A model generated the notes under the pieces. That model made no database searches. It had not been told where the DNA came from and saw nothing but the letters and a program-made list of their open reading frames with translations. Position numbers and translations under genes: made by a program. A stretch of DNA of 64,000 nt from Dehalococcoidia bacterium. GTDB taxonomy: Bacteria; Chloroflexota; Dehalococcoidia; Lucifugimonadales; G965248475. Within the stretch, counting starts at the first letter, position 1. Every line of letters begins with the position of its first letter. The stretch is from assembly GCA_965248475.1 (NCBI GenBank), contig OZ252106.1, forward strand, positions 1,337,365 through 1,401,364, written 5' to 3'. Positions 46,256-55,574 of this stretch are shown one piece after another.

Positions 46256-47059
46256 TTAGCCGGGCTGGCCCAGGCCCAGAACGCTTTCCAGGCCCACAAC
46301 CAGTTCACGACGATTGACCACCTCTTTGATGGCCAGTGTCACAGCAGGCATGTAGCACTCGCGGCTCAGGGTATCATGGCGCAGGCTCAGTGTCTCGCCG
46401 GGTGCGCCAAAGAGCACCTCATGGTGGGCCAGACGGCCCGGCATACGCGTGCTATGAATGGAAACGCCATTGTAGTCGCCGCCGCGTGTCCCAAGCAGCG
46501 GTTCCTTCTCCGGCTCCGGCCTGGTGAAGCTCTTTTCCCCCGCGATAGCCTTGGCAAGGGCCAGAGCGGTACCGGACGGTGCGTCTATCTTGGCCTCATG
46601 GTGGGCCTCTGAGACGTCGGCATAGTCGAAGTACCCGGCGGCGATACGGGCCAGGTAGCCAAGGAGCACCGCGCCCAGTGCAAAGTTAGGCGCCAGAATG
46701 ATCCCAATCTGATACCGCTGGCTAGCGTCCCTGAGTTTGCTAATGTCGCCTTCGCTAAAGCCTGAACTGCCGGTAACCAGATGGGCGCCCCGGTCGCCTG
46801 CGATTCCAGCAGCCGCAACCGCTACCTGGGAGTTGGTGAAATCAACGACCACCTCCGCCTGACGCCGGGCCAGCAGGTAATCCAGAGAGGTGGCGTATGG
46901 AATGGTTCCAGATCCGTCAGGAAGGGGCAACTCATTACCGCGATCGGTGCGTCCTACGGCGCCGACCGGCACAAGGTCAGGGTCACGGATCAGTGCAAGG
47001 AGGGTCTCACTACCCATCCGTCCCGTAGCGCCATTGACTACAACCCGAAGAGGAGGCAT
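46256..47059 (-). CDS. dapB: 4-hydroxy-tetrahydrodipicolinate reductase
   Basis: GATGRMG, VVDFT, APNFALG, EAHHEAKIDAPSGTA. Confidence 0.95.
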   Translation of the reverse strand: MPPLRVVVNGATGRMGSETLLALIRDPDLVPVGAVGRTDRGNELPLPDGSGTIPYATSLDYLLARRQAEVVVDFTNSQVAVAAAGIAGDRGAHLVTGSSGFSEGDISKLRDASQRYQIGIILAPNFALGAVLLGYLARIAAGYFDYADVSEAHHEAKIDAPSGTALALAKAIAGEKSFTRPEPEKEPLLGTRGGDYNGVSIHSTRMPGRLAHHEVLFGAPGETLSLRHDTLSRECYMPAVTLAIKEVVNRRELVVGLESVLGLGQPG

Positions 47060-47069
47060 GGGATGGAGC

Positions 47070-49316
47070 CTACCGGAACCGCGGGCCGCCTCCACCACCC
47101 CCGCCACTTGGTCCTCTACCGCCCCTACCACCCTGTGGTCGCGGCGGCCCACTGGAGCCCTGCCTGCCATTGCCTTCACCGCGGTTCTGGAACCGTACGG
47201 GCACGCCGCCTGGACTATCCTCGGATGAGGTCTCTTGGACTGCGCGGCGGGAGAGATTGACCCTACCCAGCCGGTCTATCTCCACAACCATCACTGTAAT
47301 CTCATCGCCTACCTGAACCTCATCTTCCACGCGTTCAACGCGGTGGTCGGCCAACTCTGAAATATGCACCAGGCCATCCTTACCAGGAAGGATTTCCACA
47401 AAAGCACCAAAGTCCATGATGCGCGCCACCTTGCCAGTGTATATCTCCCCTACCTCAGCCTCCTTGACCAGACCGTGGATAGCCTTCATCGCCTTCTCGG
47501 CGGCCTCGCCGTTAGGCGACCCGACGATTACGGTGCCATCGTCCTCCACGTCTATGGAAACCTTGTACTCCGAAGTCAGGGCACGGATGGTCTTGCCGCC
47601 CGGACCTATGATGCTCCCTATCTTATCCACGGGCACTGACATCTTGAGCATACGCGGCGCGTAGGGGCTGAGCACGTCACGAGCTGTGGAAATGGCTACG
47701 TTCATCTTATCCAGAATGAACAGGCGACCCCGCAGGGCCTGGTCCATGGCCTTCTCCAGGATGGCGAAATCTATGCCCTGGAGCTTTACGTCCATCTGCA
47801 TGGCGGTGATGCCCTCTTGGGTACCCGCCACTTTGAAGTCCATATCACCCTGGAAATCCTCTATGCCCTGAATGTCAGTAAGTACTGCAAACTCTCGGCC
47901 GTCGTCACCCATGATCAAACCCATTGCTACGCCCGCCACCGGCGTCTTGATGGGAACACCCGCATCCATGAGAGCCAGGGCGCTGCCGCACACGCTGGCC
48001 ATGGAGGTACTGCCGTTGGAGCTAAGCACCTCTGAAACGAGCCGAATTGTGTACGGGAACTCCTCTTCACTGGGGAGCACCGGTTCCAGCGCCCGTTCCG
48101 CCAGGGCACCATGTCCGATCTCTCTACGACCAGCCCCACCCATTCTGCGTACTTCGCCGACAGAGTATGGCGGAAAGTTGTAGTGGTGCATGTAGCGTTT
48201 GCGGTCCTCAGGGCTGATGGTGTCCAGCATCTGGGCCTGGCTCAATGAACTGAGTGTTGCGATGGTCAGCACCTGGGTCTGCCCCCGCTTGAACAGGCCT
48301 GTGCCGTGGGTACGCGGTAGTATACCCAACTCTATGGAGATGGGTCTGATCTCATCTGTGGTACGTCCATCCGGACGCTTACCCTTCCGGAGTATGTTGG
48401 TGCGCATGACCTTTTTCAGCAGGCCTTCGTGGGCTCCACGCACCTGCTTAGCGTCATAGTTCTGGGAGAGTTGTTCGACAGCCTCGCGCTCCAAGTCGTC
48501 GAGAGCGGCGTTCCGCTCGCCCCTGGCGGCGCCTTCGTCAAACAGCGCCTCGACCCGGGCACCAATTAGAGCCTCCAACTGGGAAGTAAGCTCCGGGGGG
48601 GCGCTTACAGCGGGCGTGAAGGCCATCTTGGTCTTGCCCACCCGGTCCATGACCTCCTGCTGAAGGTCCACCAACTGCGCGTTGACCTCCTGGCCGCGTC
48701 GCAGCGCTTCAAGCACTGTGCGTTCTGAAAGTTCACTGGCGCCGGCTTCGACCATGACAACGGCATTCTTGGTACCGGCCACGACCAGGTCCAGCTTGCC
48801 GTTAAGGAACTGGCTGAAGACCGGGTTCACCACCAGCTCTCCATCCGCGTATCCCATGCGAGTGGCGGCTACAGGGCCGTCAAAGGGGATATCAGACATG
48901 GACAGGGCAGCGGACGCGCCGAGAATAGCCAAGGTCTCCGGGGGGTTCTCCTGGTCGGCGGAAAGGATGGTAATGATGACCTGCACCTCATCGCGGAACC
49001 CCTTTGGGAAAAGGGGACGTAGGCACCGGTCGGTTACGCGGGCTGCGAGGATGGCCTCCTGGGTCGGCCGGCCCTCTCTGCGGAAGAAGCTGCCAGGGAT
49101 CTTGCCGGCGGCATACAGACGCTCCTCATAGTCCACGGTCAGCGGAAAGAAGTCTATGCCTTCCCTGGGTTGGGCCGAGCATACGGTAGCCAGAATCATG
49201 GTTTCGCCGTATGTGATCAGGGCGGCACCCGAGGCCAACTCGGCAAGGCGGCCCACCTCAATGGTAAGCTGGCGCCCTCCGATTTCACGGGAAAAAGTCT
49301 GCTGCATCAACTGCAT
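47070..49316 (-). CDS. pnp: Polynucleotide phosphorylase
   Basis: DFFPLTVDYEE, RREIGHG, GDMDFKVAG, KH and S1 domains. Confidence 0.97.
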   Translation of the reverse strand: MQLMQQTFSREIGGRQLTIEVGRLAELASGAALITYGETMILATVCSAQPREGIDFFPLTVDYEERLYAAGKIPGSFFRREGRPTQEAILAARVTDRCLRPLFPKGFRDEVQVIITILSADQENPPETLAILGASAALSMSDIPFDGPVAATRMGYADGELVVNPVFSQFLNGKLDLVVAGTKNAVVMVEAGASELSERTVLEALRRGQEVNAQLVDLQQEVMDRVGKTKMAFTPAVSAPPELTSQLEALIGARVEALFDEGAARGERNAALDDLEREAVEQLSQNYDAKQVRGAHEGLLKKVMRTNILRKGKRPDGRTTDEIRPISIELGILPRTHGTGLFKRGQTQVLTIATLSSLSQAQMLDTISPEDRKRYMHHYNFPPYSVGEVRRMGGAGRREIGHGALAERALEPVLPSEEEFPYTIRLVSEVLSSNGSTSMASVCGSALALMDAGVPIKTPVAGVAMGLIMGDDGREFAVLTDIQGIEDFQGDMDFKVAGTQEGITAMQMDVKLQGIDFAILEKAMDQALRGRLFILDKMNVAISTARDVLSPYAPRMLKMSVPVDKIGSIIGPGGKTIRALTSEYKVSIDVEDDGTVIVGSPNGEAAEKAMKAIHGLVKEAEVGEIYTGKVARIMDFGAFVEILPGKDGLVHISELADHRVERVEDEVQVGDEITVMVVEIDRLGRVNLSRRAVQETSSEDSPGGVPVRFQNRGEGNGRQGSSGPPRPQGGRGGRGPSGGGGGGGPRFR

Positions 49317-49387
49317 AAGGGGATACTCCTAATCCACCCAGCGCGGTATCACGCCACTAAACGGAGTTAGCACCTGTCGGACAGGTG

Positions 49388-49654
49388 CTAACGTCGCAGA
49401 CCTAAGCGTGAGAGGATCGTCTGATACCGACCCACATCCTCGCGGCTGAGGTAGGCTAGAAGGCGACGCCTACTCCCTACAAGCCTCAAGAGGCCGCGAC
49501 GGCACTGATGATCCTTGTGGTTTGCTCTAAGGTGGCCAGCCAGATGGATGATTCGCTCAGTCAGGAGGGCTATCTGAACTTCAGTTGAGCCTGTGTCTTT
49601 CTCGTTGGCTCCGTACTCCTGAGTGATGACCTGCTTACGCTCGGTACTAACCAT
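49388..49654 (-). CDS. rpsO: 30S ribosomal protein S15
   Basis: [29 protein letters not shown]. Confidence 0.97.
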   Translation of the reverse strand: MVSTERKQVITQEYGANEKDTGSTEVQIALLTERIIHLAGHLRANHKDHQCRRGLLRLVGSRRRLLAYLSREDVGRYQTILSRLGLRR

Positions 49655-49875
49655 ACCGCTCCAAAGGTTCTCTCTTCTCTTATTTTTTCGTCCCCGAAAC
49701 TATACCATAGGGCCAGCGACGGGGCAACGAGTCCCGACTTGTCGGGACACACACGGTTCTCGACCATTGGTGGGTGCTTGCCAACGATACCAAACGGAAG
49801 CTCTCGGCGACGCACCAACGCAGACTACAGCTGCCCTTGATGCTGGCCCATCCGGCCACTATGATGCTGGTACCA

Positions 49876-50571
49876 ATGTACGCTCTGATCTTATCCGGCG
49901 GCCAGGGAGAGCGCCTCAGGCCGCTGACCGACACGGTGCCGAAGCCTATGGTGCAGGTGAACGGCAAACCCATTCTGTTGTACCAGGTCAACTGGTTCAA
50001 GGGGGCCGGAGTGACGGACGTTATATTCCTCTGCGGCTACAGGTGGGAAGCGATCCGCGACTTCTTCGGTGACGGCAGCGACTTCGGTGTGAAGGCACAC
50101 TACTCGGTAGAGGATACGCCGTTGGGCCGCGGGGGGGCGCTGAAGCAAGGAATGGCCTCGGTGCCGGCGTCTGAAAGGACGGTGCTGGCCTCCAACGGCG
50201 ATGTCCTGACCAACCAGGAGCTGGGGCCTATGATCGAGCAGCACCACAGTTCCGGCGCGATGGCCACTGTGATGCTGACGCCCTACCCCAGCGCCTACGG
50301 AGTGGTGGACGTGGGAGAGTCGAGCAGGATCACAGCCTTCCAGGAGAAGGGAGAGCTGCCCCTTTGGATCAACGCCGGCGTCTACGTGCTGGACGCAGCC
50401 ATCAAGGAGGAGTTGCCTGACCTGGGTGACCACGAGACTACGACATTCCCACAACTGGCAGAGGCAGACAGCATCTACGCCTACCCGTCGCGGGCATTCT
50501 GGAAGACGGTGGACAACCTGAAGGAGCTCAAGGAGGCGGAAGAGGCTATGGAGGGCCAGGAGTGGCAATGA
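49876..50571 (+). CDS. Sugar-phosphate nucleotidyltransferase
   Basis: ILSGGQGERLRPLT..PKPM, PLGRGG, NGDV. Confidence 0.9.
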   Translation: MYALILSGGQGERLRPLTDTVPKPMVQVNGKPILLYQVNWFKGAGVTDVIFLCGYRWEAIRDFFGDGSDFGVKAHYSVEDTPLGRGGALKQGMASVPASERTVLASNGDVLTNQELGPMIEQHHSSGAMATVMLTPYPSAYGVVDVGESSRITAFQEKGELPLWINAGVYVLDAAIKEELPDLGDHETTTFPQLAEADSIYAYPSRAFWKTVDNLKELKEAEEAMEGQEWQ

Positions 50572-50652
50572 TTGCCAGCGTTAGATACCAGTTTTATACT
50601 CGCTGGACTGAGCCGCAGGTCTACCTGTTTCACCGTTAGGTATCAAGAGCCT

Positions 50653-51885
50653 ATGTACACCGAGATCATCGCCTCCGGGACAGAGCTGCTCATGGGCGAA
50701 ATCCAGGACACGAACTCGTCCTGGCTGGCGTCGCGGCTGCCCGCGCTGGGCCTGGAGGTGCGTCGCGCCACGCTGGTGGGTGACGACATGGAGCAGTACA
50801 CAGAGGTGCTTGAGCGCTCCTGGAAGCTCAATCCGTTCACCTTTACCACGGGCGGTCTCGGACCCACCAAGGACGACCTGACCAGAGAGGCCATTGCCCA
50901 GGTATTCGGTGAGGAGCTCTACATAGACAACCAGCAGCTTGCAGACCTGAAAGGCATCTTTGACGCCCGTGGAGCGGAGATGCCTCCGCACAACCTGAAG
51001 CAAGCGTCACTGATACCATCGGCTTCCGGGATCCGCAACCGCAGGGGCACAGCACCCGGCTGGTGGGCCGAGAAGAACGGCCATGTGATCATCGCACTGC
51101 CGGGTCCACCAAGAGAGTTGGCGGATATATGGGAGCAGCAGGTGGTGCCGCGGCTCAAGGAGCGGGTCAAGGGCAACGTAGTGCTAACGAGGACGATCAA
51201 GACCATAGGGCTGTCCGAGGCCATAGTGGACGAGATGGCAGCGGCGGTATTGGGCCCGAAGGAGCCATACGTGGGCACCTACGCCCGCCCCGACGGCATT
51301 CACCTTCGCATCATCGCACGGGCTGCTACCCAGGCCGAGGCCCAGGCGCTGATAGAGCCGGTGGACGAGCAGCTTCGCAACATCTTTCAAGGAAGCATAT
51401 GGGGCGTGGACGACGAGACGCCCCAAGAGCGGGTGGCCACTCTGCTGAAGGAGCGCAACCTCACACTGGCGACGATGGAGTCCTGCACGGGCGGGATGCT
51501 GGCGGACGCCATAACCAACGTGCCGGGCAGCTCCGGCTACTATAGGGGTGGAATCATTTCCTACACCAACGAGCTGAAGATCGAGTCCGGTGTAGCCGCG
51601 GAACTTATCGAAGAGCACGGTGCGGTGAGCGGCCAGGTGGCGGAAGCAATGGCGGAGGCGGTGCGGCAGAAGCTGGGGGCGGACGTAGGCGTAGGGATCA
51701 CGGGTGTGGCCGGACCGGAGGAGTTGGAAGGGAACCCACCCGGCACCGTGTACATAGGGGTAGCCCATAGCGGCGGGCAGGAGTCCAGCGCCCACAGGTT
51801 CCCGGCCAATGACCGGACCCTAGTGAAGCGCCGCGCAGTGACCACCGCCCTGCTGCTTCTGCACAGGACGATGGACGCGGTGTAG
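50653..51885 (+). CDS. cinA: CinA (MoeA-like + NMN deamidase)
   Basis: GTELL..DTN, GGLGPTKDD, ESCTGG, GITGVAGP. Confidence 0.93.
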   Translation: MYTEIIASGTELLMGEIQDTNSSWLASRLPALGLEVRRATLVGDDMEQYTEVLERSWKLNPFTFTTGGLGPTKDDLTREAIAQVFGEELYIDNQQLADLKGIFDARGAEMPPHNLKQASLIPSASGIRNRRGTAPGWWAEKNGHVIIALPGPPRELADIWEQQVVPRLKERVKGNVVLTRTIKTIGLSEAIVDEMAAAVLGPKEPYVGTYARPDGIHLRIIARAATQAEAQALIEPVDEQLRNIFQGSIWGVDDETPQERVATLLKERNLTLATMESCTGGMLADAITNVPGSSGYYRGGIISYTNELKIESGVAAELIEEHGAVSGQVAEAMAEAVRQKLGADVGVGITGVAGPEELEGNPPGTVYIGVAHSGGQESSAHRFPANDRTLVKRRAVTTALLLLHRTMDAV

Positions 51886-51889
51886 CGGC

Positions 51890-52546
51890 ATGCCAGAATC
51901 ATTCTCGGAGCACCTCAAGGATGAGGCCAGCGAGGTCTGGGACCGCATCTTCCGCCATCCCTTCCTCCAGGAGGCGCGAGAGGGACGCCTGCCGATAGAG
52001 AAGTTCCGCTACTACGTAATCCAGGACTACCACTACCTGGAGCAGTTCGCCAAGACCGTGGCCATTGCCCTGGGCAAGGCCAGCGACACGCGGACGGTGG
52101 AGGCCCTGGGCAAGCGCGTGCTGACGCCCATTGAGCGGCCGCTTCACCACAGGCTATTGGAGATGGTGGGCGTATCGCCGGAGGAGGCGTCGGAAGCCGG
52201 GCCCTCGCCCACAAATTTGGCCTACACCAACCATATGCTCGCCACTGCCTTCAGCCACGGGCTCGGGCCTACGGCTGCAGCCCTCCTGCCATGCCCCTGG
52301 ACATACGACCACCTTGGCCAGGTGCTGGGCGAGGTTGACCACCCGGTGTACGGTGAGTGGGCCGACTTCTACCATCAGGGAATGCTGAAGGACAGCGTGG
52401 CCGCATGGCGAGGGTTTGTGGACGACGCGGCGCAGGTCGCCTCTTCCCAGGAACGGGAATTGATGCGAAGTGTATTCCTCACCAGCAGCCGCTACGAGCT
52501 GATGTTCTGGGATATGGCCTACCGGCAGGAGCAGTGGCCGGGATAG
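51890..52546 (+). CDS. tenA: TenA/thiaminase II
   Basis: HPFL, YVIQDY.YL, LLPCPW.Y, E.MFW.MA. Confidence 0.9.
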   Translation: MPESFSEHLKDEASEVWDRIFRHPFLQEAREGRLPIEKFRYYVIQDYHYLEQFAKTVAIALGKASDTRTVEALGKRVLTPIERPLHHRLLEMVGVSPEEASEAGPSPTNLAYTNHMLATAFSHGLGPTAAALLPCPWTYDHLGQVLGEVDHPVYGEWADFYHQGMLKDSVAAWRGFVDDAAQVASSQERELMRSVFLTSSRYELMFWDMAYRQEQWPG

Positions 52547-52641
52547 CGCGGCAGGGCGTGCCCTGCACCCACGTTCTTTACTGCTGGTGAGGGCTTGTCT
52601 CTTAACCTACGGCAGCCAGTATGGGTCTGGGCAATGCCCAG

Positions 52642-54057
52642 CTAGCTGTCGCCGTGGTCGTGGCCTGTGTGGTCGTCGTGACCTGCGTGGAGGCCGTAGG
52701 GCAATGCACTAAAGGCGCACTGTACTACCTCCGGCAGCGCCGGATGCACGTAAATGGCCTGCATGATGGCGTCTGTGGTGGAGCGCGTCCGCATGGCGTT
52801 GGCCGCCTCCTGGATCAGCGTCGCAGCGTCGGTGCCGATGATATGGCATCCCAGTATTTCGTCCGTCTCAGCGTGGACCAGCACCTTTACGAACCTGTCC
52901 CTGTCCTCAATGGATGGGCCGTAGGCAGTGTTGTAGTAGTCGTAGGCGGCAGCCATGTAGGGAATACCCTGCTCCCGGGCGGCTCGCTCCGTCAGCCCTA
53001 CCGCGGCCACCTGGGGTGACGCGAAGATGGCATGGGGCATGGCGTGGTAGTCCACAGACGCCTTGCCATCCGGGTTGAATATGTTGTTGGCGGCGTAGGC
53101 GGCCTCCAGGTTGGCGCTGTGGTTGAGCAGATACTTGCCTACTATGTCCCCTAGAGCCCAGATGCCCGGAACGCCAGTCTCCAGGTATTCGTCTGTCTTG
53201 ACGAAGCCCCGCTGGTCAACCTCCACGCCGGCGCGTGTCACATCCAGAATATCCGTGTTGGGAACACGACCGGCGGCCATGAGAAGAGCATCCGAGACGA
53301 TGGTCTCCTTTCCCCCGTCCGTAGTCACCTCGAGGGCGATGTCACTGCCCTGGGTGTAGGCCTGTACAGGCTGGGCGTTGAGCACCATGTTGAACCTGCG
53401 CTGGTACACCTCGGTGAAACGGCGCGCAACGTCATCGTCCTCCTCCCGCAGCATGGTAGGACGCCGGTGGACTATTGTGACTTCAGTCCCCATAGAGCCG
53501 AAGAAGTGGGCCATCTCCGCAGCGATGTACCCACCGCCAACGATAGTGAGTCGACGGGGCTGCTCCGGCAGGCGGAGGGCCTCGTCAGACGTGATGTACG
53601 GGACATCAGCGATGCCGGGTATGTCCGGGACGCTGGGACGGGTGCCCGCCGCGATGACCATGGTTTCCGCCGTGATCTGCTCACCGCCTACCTCCAGGGT
53701 TTTGGGCCCCGTGAAGCGGGCGCGGTCCGTATATACGGTTATGTTGGGATGTTCCCGGTTGCCCTCCAGGATTTCCGACGACTCTGCGTCTATCTCCTCA
53801 GAGGCGCGGCGGATGATGAACGGCCAGTCTACAGCCTCAACAGAGGCCTTAATGCCGAACAGATCAGAGGTACGGATAGTCTCCATAACGTCGGCGCAGT
53901 GGATGAGTATCTTGGATGGAATACAGCCCCGGTTAAGACAGGTCCCGCCAAACGGGCCCTCATCCACCACCGCTACGGACATGCCGACGCCGGCTGCCTC
54001 CGAGGAAATCTCCAGTCCAGAACCTGAACCGATCACGATAAGATCGTAGCTGGGCAT
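52642..54057 (-). CDS. Flavin disulfide reductase (Lpd/mycothione-reductase-like) with His-rich tail
   Basis: GGTCLNRGCIPSK, VGGGYIA, HPALPE, HAGHDDHTGHDHG. Confidence 0.88.
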   Translation of the reverse strand: MPSYDLIVIGSGSGLEISSEAAGVGMSVAVVDEGPFGGTCLNRGCIPSKILIHCADVMETIRTSDLFGIKASVEAVDWPFIIRRASEEIDAESSEILEGNREHPNITVYTDRARFTGPKTLEVGGEQITAETMVIAAGTRPSVPDIPGIADVPYITSDEALRLPEQPRRLTIVGGGYIAAEMAHFFGSMGTEVTIVHRRPTMLREEDDDVARRFTEVYQRRFNMVLNAQPVQAYTQGSDIALEVTTDGGKETIVSDALLMAAGRVPNTDILDVTRAGVEVDQRGFVKTDEYLETGVPGIWALGDIVGKYLLNHSANLEAAYAANNIFNPDGKASVDYHAMPHAIFASPQVAAVGLTERAAREQGIPYMAAAYDYYNTAYGPSIEDRDRFVKVLVHAETDEILGCHIIGTDAATLIQEAANAMRTRSTTDAIMQAIYVHPALPEVVQCAFSALPYGLHAGHDDHTGHDHGDS

Positions 54058-54415
54058 AGTTCATTTACCTCTGATGGGGATGGCCGGTTATTGGATTCAA
54101 CGGGGATTCGACTTGTTCACCATGAGCAGCCAGGCAGTATCCGATGCCCAAGTCTGAATCACAGCTTTGGTGCGCCGCCACATTATGGGGCCGCGAATGG
54201 GGGGAGGCAATCGAGTATGTGGCGTGAATCGCGTGGAGAGTAGCGCACGGGTGCCAGCCGCTATCCGATGTGGAGTTAGCATTCCATATTAATGTGTGGT
54301 ATTTGCCGACTTGGGCACATTCAGATAGCCTGCACGCCCGCTATCCTACTGTTCACAACCCTTTCATTCAGTCCGGCTACTATAATGTCAGAAATCGGGG
54401 GAAAGGGGGCAAGCT

Positions 54416-55500
54416 ATACGGAAGATCACGATCCTAATTGGAGTCATTACCATACTGTTCCTGCTGGGATGTGGTTCGGAAACAGGGGCAGAAAGCGCTG
54501 AAGGGCTGGAGAGAGTGGTCCAGACACTGGTAGCCCCACCGTTCCTGCCAGACCATGATCAGGTTGCGATTGGCGGACCCAAGGTCGTCCAGGTACGTCT
54601 GGAAGTCGAAGAGAAGCTGATAGAGATAGACCGGGACGGCACCAAGATATGGTCTCTCACGTTCAACGGAAGCGTTCCCGGCCCAATGATAGTGGTACAC
54701 CAGGATGATTACGTTGAGCTGACACTTGTTAATCCTAGCACCAACTCGCTCCAACACAACATAGACCTGCACGCGGCTACAGGAGCCCTGGGCGGCGCGG
54801 GGCTAACCTATGTTAACCCGTGGGAAGAGGTTGTCTTCCGGTTCAAAGCGACCAAGCCGGGCGTGTTTGTGTACCACTGCGCACCGGGCGGGGTGATGAT
54901 ACCGCTGCACGTTGTATCAGGTATGAGCGGGGCCATCATGGTGTTGCCCAGGGACGGTCTAAAGGACGCCCAGGGCGAACCGGTCACGTATGACAAGGCA
55001 TACTACATAGGTGAGCAGGACTACTACATCCCCAGGGATGAGAACGGCGAGTACAAGGAGTATGCAGCCGCTTCTCAGGGCTTTGGGGACATGCTAGATG
55101 TTATGAAGACCTTGACACCCACTCACGTTGTATTCAACGGCGCTGTAGGCGCCCTGACGGGGGACCAAGCGCTGACCGCAGACGTGGGAGACAAGGTGCT
55201 GTTCCTCCACTCCCAAGCGAACAGGGGCTCCCGTCCGCACCTGATCGGCGGGCATGGCGACCTTGTGTGGAGAGGCGGCTCCTTAGGGGACCCACCGGCA
55301 CAAACCTGGAGACCTGGTTAGTACCAGGTGGTTCAGCCGTGGCCATGCTCTACGAGTTCAAGCAACCCGGCCTTTACGTATACCTGAGCCACAATTTGAT
55401 AGAGGCGGTTCTGCTCGGCGCAGCGGCCCACCTCAATGTGGAGGGAGATTGGGACGACAACCTGATGGAACAGGTCAAAGAGCCGGGTCCCATTTCCTGA
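54416..55500 (+). pseudogene. nirK: Copper nitrite reductase lipoprotein; ATA in place of start and frameshift at ~55300
   Basis: [25 protein letters not shown], then LETW..SHNLIEA in the next frame; lipobox LLGC. Confidence 0.88.
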
Positions 55501-55574
55501 TATCGTTGAGGAGTCGAAGGCCGTCCGGTAAGACCTCGCAGTCGAGAAACAGTGAACCATGCTGTACCGCAGGC

